Origin: Bacteroidia bacterium
Lineage (GTDB): Bacteria > Bacteroidota > Bacteroidia > Chitinophagales > UBA2359
Length of the DNA stretch: 64,000 nucleotides
NCBI GenBank assembly: GCA_030427245.1
Contig: JAUHXA010000001.1
Span: 91,899-155,898 of the forward strand
Reading direction: 5' to 3'
Notes under the pieces: model-generated
Told to the model about the DNA's origin: nothing
The model's database searches: none
Seen by the model: the letters and a program-made list of their open reading frames with translations, nothing else
Position numbers and translations under genes: made by a program
Shown: positions 9,397 to 15,804 of the stretch, piece after piece
Numbering within the stretch: the stretch's first letter is position 1
Layout: the number at the start of each line of letters is the position of its first letter

Positions 9397-10821
9397 ATGA
9401 AATCAAGCAAACTCATCAGCATACTACAACACTTTTCGAAGCGACAACTCAAAAGGTTGGGAGACTTTGTGGCATCTCCTTACTTCAATAAAAAAGAAGA
9501 GGTGACTGCTTTTTACCGCTATATACTTCAATATGCTCCCGATTTTGAATCGAATAAAATGACTAAAACAAGAGCTTACCGCTATGTGTATCCATCCCAA
9601 AAAGGATATGAAGAAAAGTTGGTGGGATATTGGATGAGTGATTTATTGAAGTTGGCAGAAGACTTTTTGGCGCAAGAACAATTGCAGCAAAATCCTATTC
9701 AAAAGGGTATTTATTTATTGGAGATTTACAACAATTGGCAGTTGGAAAAACCTTTTCAAAGCACGATTCGACCACTTCGTAAACAGCAATCCAAGCCCAA
9801 ACACTACGACCACCAATACTACTACAATGAGTTTTTGCTTCATGCCCACGAAAATGTCTATTTCGACCGACAGAAAAAGCACATTTACGACAACAGTTTG
9901 CAAAAGGCAATTGACAACCTCGACCTCTATTACCTTTCCGAAAAACTACGCTATTGCTGTGAAATCCTAAACCGTCAAAATGTGATGGTGTCCAACTATG
10001 AGCTTCGATTGATGAACGAAATTTTGGACTATTTGAAGCATCATCCACATGATGATGTGCCGCCAATAGCGATTTACACGGCCATTCTTCGCTGCCTATT
10101 GGAAAAAGAAAACGAACAGCATTTCAAGCATTTGAAGGAATTGTTGAAGAAATATGCTCATTTTTTTTCTAAGCAAGAAGCGAGGGATATGTATTTGTAT
10201 GGGGTGAATTATTGTATTGGCAAAATCAGAATGGGTAAGGAAAATTACCGTGCGGAGGTTTTTGATGTCTATCGAGAAGCGCTGGAAAAGGAAACTATTT
10301 TTGAAGGGAAGCACCTCTCCCCTTGGAGTTTTATGAATATCGTGGATGTGGGTGTGAGCACAAAAGAATTTGAATGGACACAAAATTTTATTGAAGGCTA
10401 CAAGGATAGGTTAGCTCCGAATTTTCGACAAAATGCCTACTCCTACAACTTGGCTTATTTGTATTTTCACCAAAATGAGTTTGAAAATGCCTTGGGTTTG
10501 TTGCATGAAGTGACCTTTGATGATATTGGATACAGCATCAAATCACGTACTTTGTTGCTACGAGTATATTACGAATTGGATGAAATTGACTCCTTTTATT
10601 CGCTGATTGACTCTTTCAAAATTTATCTGAAACGGAACAACCTATTATCAGAAAACAGGAAAAAGATTTACCTCAATTTTATCAAATTTATCGCTCGGTT
10701 GAGTCGTTTGCCGAAAGGTCAAAACAGCCGTTTATTGAAGCTCAAAAAACAAATTGAAGCAGCTCGAAATACTGCAAACATGAAGTGGTTATTGCAGAAA
10801 GTGGAGGAAAAACTGAAGTAA
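9397..10821 (+). CDS. Hypothetical helical-repeat protein
   Basis: The ORF track starts at TTG 9352; the first ATG is at 9397 (MKSSKLISILQHF...). The C-terminal half is TPR-like and helical (NAYSYNLAYLYFHQNEFENALGLLHEV). No catalytic motif recognised. Confidence 0.6.
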   Translation: MKSSKLISILQHFSKRQLKRLGDFVASPYFNKKEEVTAFYRYILQYAPDFESNKMTKTRAYRYVYPSQKGYEEKLVGYWMSDLLKLAEDFLAQEQLQQNPIQKGIYLLEIYNNWQLEKPFQSTIRPLRKQQSKPKHYDHQYYYNEFLLHAHENVYFDRQKKHIYDNSLQKAIDNLDLYYLSEKLRYCCEILNRQNVMVSNYELRLMNEILDYLKHHPHDDVPPIAIYTAILRCLLEKENEQHFKHLKELLKKYAHFFSKQEARDMYLYGVNYCIGKIRMGKENYRAEVFDVYREALEKETIFEGKHLSPWSFMNIVDVGVSTKEFEWTQNFIEGYKDRLAPNFRQNAYSYNLAYLYFHQNEFENALGLLHEVTFDDIGYSIKSRTLLLRVYYELDEIDSFYSLIDSFKIYLKRNNLLSENRKKIYLNFIKFIARLSRLPKGQNSRLLKLKKQIEAARNTANMKWLLQKVEEKLK

Positions 10822-10824
10822 AAA

Positions 10825-10848
10825 AGCCAATTGAAAAATCAATTGGCT
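10825..10848. terminator. Hairpin between convergent ORFs (bidirectional terminator candidate)
   Basis: AGCCAATTGA aaaa TCAATTGGCT. An A-run on the left gives a U-run for a minus-strand transcript. Confidence 0.4.
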
Positions 10849-10887
10849 CACATAACAGTTTCTCTATCAGAGATTTTATTGTGTACT

Positions 10888-11052
10888 TTAGTCTTCTTCG
10901 TCTTCATCCACTATGAATGTAAATAGACCATCGTCACCCTCCATTTCAAAATCCATCGAGTTTCCGCTCCAAAGAGCAGTCAGTTCGTCTTGAAGAGAAG
11001 TAGACATACCTTTAGGTTTCTTCTTATCTCCTTTCTTAAACATCCAATTCAT
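10888..11052 (-). CDS. Small acidic hypothetical ORF (54 aa)
   Basis: MNWMFKKGDKKKPKGMSTSLQDELTALWSGNSMDFEMEGDDGLFTFIVDEDEED. It is followed on its own strand by the 10825-10848 hairpin plus a U-run. Confidence 0.3.
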   Translation of the reverse strand: MNWMFKKGDKKKPKGMSTSLQDELTALWSGNSMDFEMEGDDGLFTFIVDEDEED

Positions 11053-11054
11053 AA

Positions 11055-11672
11055 GATTACCAACTGAGTAACAAAACTTTAGTGAGTGCTCGTTTGTCGG
11101 GTTTTATTCGGCATTACGAGGCGGAAAACATCGTGGTGAACCGACCCATCAATATGCAAGACCGAAAAACGGTGAGTTTTACGAGCAGTTTCCCGATTAC
11201 CGTAACGGATTGGTGGGAAGGGCGTTACAATTTTGGGGCATACTATACCTAAAGCCAACCCATCTACGAAGGCATCGTTTACAACCGCAGCTATTCTTAT
11301 TTTACCTTCAATATGACCCAAAGTTTTCAGTTGCCTAAAAAATGGGAACTGGAGTTGAACACACAGTATCGTTCTGAACGCCGTTATGGAATGGGCATTA
11401 TTCCTGTGCGTTTTGTGGTCAATACGGGTGTCAGCAAAAGTCTATTTGATGGCAAGGGAAAACTGACCTTCAATTGGAGCGATGTCTTTAATACGGGCAG
11501 CTTTTTTGAGGTGGGCTATCGTGAACCTGAGATTAATCTGCAATATAATTGGCGGTATGAGTTTGATGGTTCGGTGGCGAGATTGAGTTATACGCATAGT
11601 TTTGGGTCAGATAAATTGAAACGGAAGAATCGGAGTACGGGGAGTGGGGAGGAGCAACGGAGGGTCAATTGA
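11055..11672 (+). pseudogene. C-terminal remnant of an outer-membrane beta-barrel (TonB-dependent-receptor-like) gene
   Basis: A single frame is readable across the range but is broken by an in-frame TAA at 11250-11252. Only about the last 200 codons are present (...NTQYRSERRYGMG...ARLSYTHSFGSDKLKRKNRSTGSGEEQRRVN). No plug or N-terminal barrel region lies upstream. Confidence 0.6.
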
Positions 11673-11751
11673 GTTGGATTTCAATAAATTGAGAAAATAC
11701 ATATTTATCTTTGAAAAGCTGCTTCCTACTTTTTTCTTCAATAAGGTATGG

Positions 11752-12837
11752 TTAAGTATTATGAAACGTTTTTTGTGGAAGATTGCTCAATTGAAACAAA
11801 TTAAATTCTTGTAAGCGTTTTGGAATCTTTATATTGTATCGTTGAGCAGCATTCATTACAATGGTATTCAGCAAAGCTTCATAAACTTCCATCTCGTCCA
11901 GATGTGAAAAACATACACTTGCCTGTTTGAGTTGAACGCTCTCAGGGAATACAAGCGCAGGAAAGCCATTTACATCAAAAATTCGCAACTGCCCCTTACT
12001 GTCTAATCTTCCATCCACCCTTGTTACACCCCTTATATTCAGCACTTTACAGATTTCAGGTACTATATTTCGGACCTGACTCAATATATGTTCATCCCTT
12101 ACTATTGTCATTTGCTTCAAATCACCCCAACTCATAAATCGCTCTTTTTGCCCCATAATAGAAGTTTCGCCTGGTTTTCCTTCTACGGCGTAATAAGTGG
12201 TCAACAATTGAGTTTGCCCTTGAGGCGCAGCATAATATCCAACTGTGATGTCTGTACTCGGAAGAAAATCCTCAATAATCACATCGCTTCGAAAAGTTGT
12301 TATCATCTGATGTATTTGTTGGGTAGCCTCCTTTTCATTATCTACCAATGAATCATCGGTCATGCCTTTGCTGCCCGATTCGGCAGTCAACTTTACCACA
12401 GCAGGATAAGACAAAGCACTATTTCGTAGAATGTCAGCAATTTCCTTCAATTGTGTGGTTTTTACAACCGCAAACTCGGGAATAGGAATCCCATGAGATT
12501 TTAGTATTTTTTGGCAAACATCTTTTCGCAATACATTTTGCAAGGTTGTTTTATCCGAGCCTATGACCGGTAAGCCATAACTTTCAATGATATCTACCAG
12601 CCATGCCTTTTCTTTACTTCCTTTTTCTACATCTACATAGTAAGCATTTGGTAAAATCAGTTCCTGCGGATTGCTTTGCGACAGTATTTTATTCAGCATT
12701 GCCAAACTATCGACTTCTACATGACTGACTTCGATACCATTGCGCTCTAAAGCTGCCATCATTACTTCTAAATCTTCATAATGGCTTATCCACCCATTTT
12801 TCCAGTGCCCTTTGCTGTTTATAATTTTAACCTTCAT
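11752..12837 (-). CDS. ATP-grasp ligase, D-Ala-D-Ala-ligase-like architecture
   Basis: 361 aa. The N-terminal domain is followed by ...YGLPVIGSDKTTLQNVLRKDVCQKILKSHGIPIPEF... and a C-terminal ...VDGRLDSKGQLRIFDVNGFPAL. It overlaps the upstream GNAT gene by 11 nt, suggesting translational coupling. Confidence 0.75.
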   Translation of the reverse strand: MKVKIINSKGHWKNGWISHYEDLEVMMAALERNGIEVSHVEVDSLAMLNKILSQSNPQELILPNAYYVDVEKGSKEKAWLVDIIESYGLPVIGSDKTTLQNVLRKDVCQKILKSHGIPIPEFAVVKTTQLKEIADILRNSALSYPAVVKLTAESGSKGMTDDSLVDNEKEATQQIHQMITTFRSDVIIEDFLPSTDITVGYYAAPQGQTQLLTTYYAVEGKPGETSIMGQKERFMSWGDLKQMTIVRDEHILSQVRNIVPEICKVLNIRGVTRVDGRLDSKGQLRIFDVNGFPALVFPESVQLKQASVCFSHLDEMEVYEALLNTIVMNAAQRYNIKIPKRLQEFNLFQLSNLPQKTFHNT

Positions 12838-13411
12838 GATATGTTACATTTTTATTCGCCCAAAAATCATTTTTCCTCCAAATCTCTTTGGTCAGTCGGA
12901 ACTTTACAATTTCTCTATCTTCCTCTTTTATAGTTCGTATATCTCTAAAACCCATCCTTTGATAGAAATACATCGACTTCATATTGTCAATATGCCGTTT
13001 TCCGATAATAGCACTTGCCAAGTTGTTGTGAAAAACAGCATCAATAAGAGTCATCGAAGCTTCAATTCCTATGCCTCTCCGCCAGTAAGTTGGTTTTATA
13101 GCCGTTGCTTTTTCTATTTCTCCTTCTTCACAATAGGAACTTTTAATATATCCAATCGTTCCTACCAGTTCATGACTTGTTCGAGCCACAATGCCCAATT
13201 GACCAAAAGCATTGTTTTCATAGCGTTTCATCTGAGTATGCACCCAGGCTTTTGCCATTTCTTCATCCGTTCGATTGAGGTTGATGCCTAGGTATTGAAG
13301 GTTTGGGTTGTTTTGATAAAAATCCAACCAGCTTTCAACATCATTTTGAGTGAGTTTCCTATAAAAAAAACGTTTTGAGTGAAGTTCGTGGTAGTAATGG
13401 GTTAAGTCCAT
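12827..13411 (-). CDS. GNAT family N-acetyltransferase (RimJ/RimL-like)
   Basis: 194 aa. Acetyl-CoA-binding core: ...IKPTYWRRGIGIEASMTLIDAVF... Confidence 0.8.
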   Translation of the reverse strand: MDLTHYYHELHSKRFFYRKLTQNDVESWLDFYQNNPNLQYLGINLNRTDEEMAKAWVHTQMKRYENNAFGQLGIVARTSHELVGTIGYIKSSYCEEGEIEKATAIKPTYWRRGIGIEASMTLIDAVFHNNLASAIIGKRHIDNMKSMYFYQRMGFRDIRTIKEEDREIVKFRLTKEIWRKNDFWANKNVTYHEG

Positions 13412-13451
13412 ATAGCTGCATTATTCAATAAGTAAATAGGATTGTAAAAAT

Positions 13452-13515
13452 AAAAAACCAATACCGATAATTAAAATTTTATCAACATTGGCTTATCACG
13501 AAAATCAGCAATAGT
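13452..13515 (-). repeat. Copy 1 of a ~60-bp repeated 3'-flank/terminator module (weaker hairpin)
   Basis: AAAAACCAATACCGATAATTAAAATTTTATCAACATTGGCTTATCACGAAAATCAGCAATA closely matches 18786-18850. It sits immediately 3' of the 13527-14678 gene. Confidence 0.6.
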
Positions 13516-13526
13516 TAAAAATCAAC

Positions 13527-14678
13527 CTATACATACTCATACATTAACTTATCAGATATCACAGACTGGGCATAAGCAATAGCTACTTGGCTAATAAATG
13601 AATCCATATCTGACGAACAATAATTTCTATTTATTGATTTTTGGATGAACTTTAGCTTCTGTAATAAAGTATTTGTTGCAGGTGTATAGCAATTTAGCTC
13701 ATCTGCAAAATGCTTAAAAAATGACAAAGCATAAAAAGACTCTGTTAATCGCCTGTCTTTACATGAAATTGTTACAAACTTCCCTCTATATATTTCCTCC
13801 AACATCTTTGTAACACCGCACGATTGAATCTTCTTAGTGCGATTTAACAACCATTTTTCCAGGCTCTGAATACCCGATATGTCTAGTTTTTCAGCAACCA
13901 TCATTTGTTCATTAAAAACTTCTTGAAACAACAGAGAATACTCCTCACTTAGCCTATAAATTTCTCTTGATATTGGCTTTCCTTTTGAACGAATGAGTCC
14001 TTTAGCATTATCACATATTGCAGAAGCATTAATGGCAGAGATAGGTGAGCTTAATGCTGCTTTGAGTGTATTACCACCATCTACAAATGTGTTCTGTTCC
14101 TCTTTAAACTTTAAGTATTTGTTCAAAAAACTCAATACCCCTATTCGAGTATCTGTATCATCATGTCCTAAAGGTATCTTCGATTTAAAATCCAGTATAT
14201 TTACGGTAATTCCAGTAGAATCAACTTCACTTGTAGCGAAAATAGGTGAGTACCCAATCAAGCCTGCCTTTATAGATTCCTTTCCAAACAGCCATGTTGA
14301 GCCAAGTTTCCCTGGAAACATAATAATAGGTGTTTTCTTTACTTGGAGTATTAACTTTTGAAAATCACTAAATTGATAGATAGTTGAGTTTTGAGGAAAA
14401 CGACAACAATTGAGTATTAAATCAGACTTATCTACAATTTCTTGTAGATAAGAAGTGATGTGTATTTTCAGAAAACCACTTTTACAAATAGCATTATCTT
14501 TTTTTGCACGATTAAATACAGTTATATTATTATTTTCAATAAATCTCTTGAAAGTTTCTGCTCCTCTACTTTCGTGTTTATATCCAATTACATTCAAACC
14601 TACTTGCTGCAAGATATAGGAAATAGATATGCCAATGGCTCCCATACCAATAACTCCTACTGTTTTTATTTCTTTCAT
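13527..14678 (-). CDS. NAD(P)-binding dehydrogenase (possibly opine-dehydrogenase-like or ketopantoate-reductase-like)
   Basis: 383 aa with an N-terminal Rossmann GxGxxG motif (VGVIGMGAIGISI). Size and layout fit the octopine/nopaline dehydrogenase family, but the family cannot be confirmed by eye. Confidence 0.55.
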   Translation of the reverse strand: MKEIKTVGVIGMGAIGISISYILQQVGLNVIGYKHESRGAETFKRFIENNNITVFNRAKKDNAICKSGFLKIHITSYLQEIVDKSDLILNCCRFPQNSTIYQFSDFQKLILQVKKTPIIMFPGKLGSTWLFGKESIKAGLIGYSPIFATSEVDSTGITVNILDFKSKIPLGHDDTDTRIGVLSFLNKYLKFKEEQNTFVDGGNTLKAALSSPISAINASAICDNAKGLIRSKGKPISREIYRLSEEYSLLFQEVFNEQMMVAEKLDISGIQSLEKWLLNRTKKIQSCGVTKMLEEIYRGKFVTISCKDRRLTESFYALSFFKHFADELNCYTPATNTLLQKLKFIQKSINRNYCSSDMDSFISQVAIAYAQSVISDKLMYEYV

Positions 14679-14828
14679 CTTTTATGATTTAGAAGAAAGG
14701 CTAAGATCCAGAAAACAAATTATTCTCATATATCTGGAAAAACTTATCTCCGTCCATTATTAAGAAAACACATTGAGCTCAATGCCCCTCAGATTTCACC
14801 CAATCTTTTTAGTTATAGTATCTACTAG

Positions 14829-14860
14829 TAACGTGACCTTCGAAATCGGAAATGTGACCT
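14829..14860 (+). repeat. Bipartite GTGAC direct-repeat motif (copy)
   Basis: TAACGTGACCTTcgaaatcggAAATGTGACCT. The GTGAC cores are 21 bp apart (14833 and 14854). Confidence 0.8.
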
Positions 14861-14898
14861 TTTTGGGGAGGGATTTTTGAAAAAAATTAAAACCCTTT

Positions 14899-15560
14899 CT
14901 ATTTCACAATCATTGCTCGCTCAATCAATAAGATTGTTTTACTTTCCAAATTGAATAAATTGTGTTCTTGTACAATTGAAGGGATTGGCATATTGTATCG
15001 CCACAAACTATCTCCCATAAGAGTGTGAATCAGACATTTGAATAAATGCTTTTGGTCATAAGTAGGGAAGTGAGCAAAACATTGTTTTATCAATGCAGAA
15101 ATCGGATAATTCAGTCCAGGAAATCCATTGATGTCAAAGAAATTCATGATTCCGTTTCTATCTAATCTCCCATCAATGCGTATAGTGGTTTGGACACCGA
15201 ATACATCTACAATCATTGGCAAATAAGTTTCCAACTGACTCAATACAGTTGGGTCTTCTTCAGTACCAATGGAAATTCCAACCCTCTGAAATTATCTTTT
15301 TAGCTACTTTTCCTACATTTTGTCGTTGAAGTATAATGTTTGGAGGTACGGGAATACCTGCTTCTTTTAATTTCAATTGACAGGTATCTTTTTCTAAAAG
15401 TTGTAGTAGAGTTTTCAGTCCAGAACCGATTAAGGGTAATTGGTATTTTTCTATTGCTTCAATCTCTTTGTAATGTACTCAACCTATGCCCAAAGGATTT
15501 AGGTGGAACACCGCCCTCTTGTTTCATCCTTTCAATGGTTTTTTCGAAGAGTGTACGGTG
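14899..15560 (-). pseudogene. Decayed paralog of the 11752-12837 ATP-grasp gene
   Basis: Three frames carry homologous pieces. Examples are ...EIEAIEKYQLPLIGSGLKTLLQLLEKDTCQLKLKEAGIPVPP... and ...TTIRIDGRLDRNGIMNFFDINGFPGL...RYNMPIPSIVQEHNLFNLES. There are at least two frameshifts or stops. About 100 codons of the central ATP-binding region are missing. The 5' end abuts a GTGAC motif copy. Confidence 0.65.
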
Positions 15561-15570
15561 AATTCTTGTT

Positions 15571-15604
15571 AATAGTATCACATTGAAGCTAAAAAATGTG
15601 ACCT
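15571..15604 (+). repeat. Bipartite GTGAC motif (copy with degenerate first half)
   Basis: AATAGTATCACATTgaagctaaaAAATGTGACCT. The first core is ATCAC and the second is GTGAC, 21 bp apart. Confidence 0.6.
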
Positions 15605-15631
15605 ATTTTTTGGGTGCGAAAGATGGTAAAG

Positions 15632-15666
15632 TAAGCCACAAGTAACATTTTGCTACTTGTGGCTTA
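15632..15666 (-). terminator. 13-bp stem hairpin 3' of the CHAT gene
   Basis: TAAGCCACAAGTA acattttgc TACTTGTGGCTTA. The U-run on the minus strand is weak. It shares the CCACAAG/CTTGTGG stem with hairpins at 20489-20517, 40360-40389 and 50850-50880. Confidence 0.4.
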
Positions 15667-15726
15667 TTTACATTATCCTTCTTGAAGATAATTATCAACT
15701 ATATTGATGTATTCAACGCTCTATGT

Positions 15727-15760
15727 AAAGCGTGACTTAGGCTAGAAAAAATGTGCCCTA
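15727..15760 (+). repeat. Bipartite GTGAC motif (copy)
   Basis: AAAGCGTGACTTAggctagaaaAAATGTGCCCT, with cores 21 bp apart. The surrounding ~100 bp is homologous, in inverted orientation, to 50120-50210. Confidence 0.7.
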
Positions 15761-15804
15761 TTTGGAAAGGAAAAATATGTGTTATCACAAAAATATGACG
15801 AAAC

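Noticed and set aside
11752-13411. Microviridin/graspetide-type RiPP cluster (ATP-grasp + GNAT, with an ABC exporter elsewhere)
   Set aside because: I saw no precursor ORF with a PFFARFL-type leader or a T.KYPSD-type core near the genes. The ligase looks Ddl-like rather than MdnB/C-like, and the ABC exporter is 13 kb away in a different cluster. A systematic small-ORF search could still overturn this.
14829-14860. CRP/FNR-type binding sites, since AAATGTGA resembles the CRP half-site and a cyclase gene is in the window
   Set aside because: CRP-family sites are inverted repeats (TGTGA-N6-TCACA). Here the two cores are direct repeats 21 bp apart, and no TCACA partner sits at the N6 spacing in any copy.
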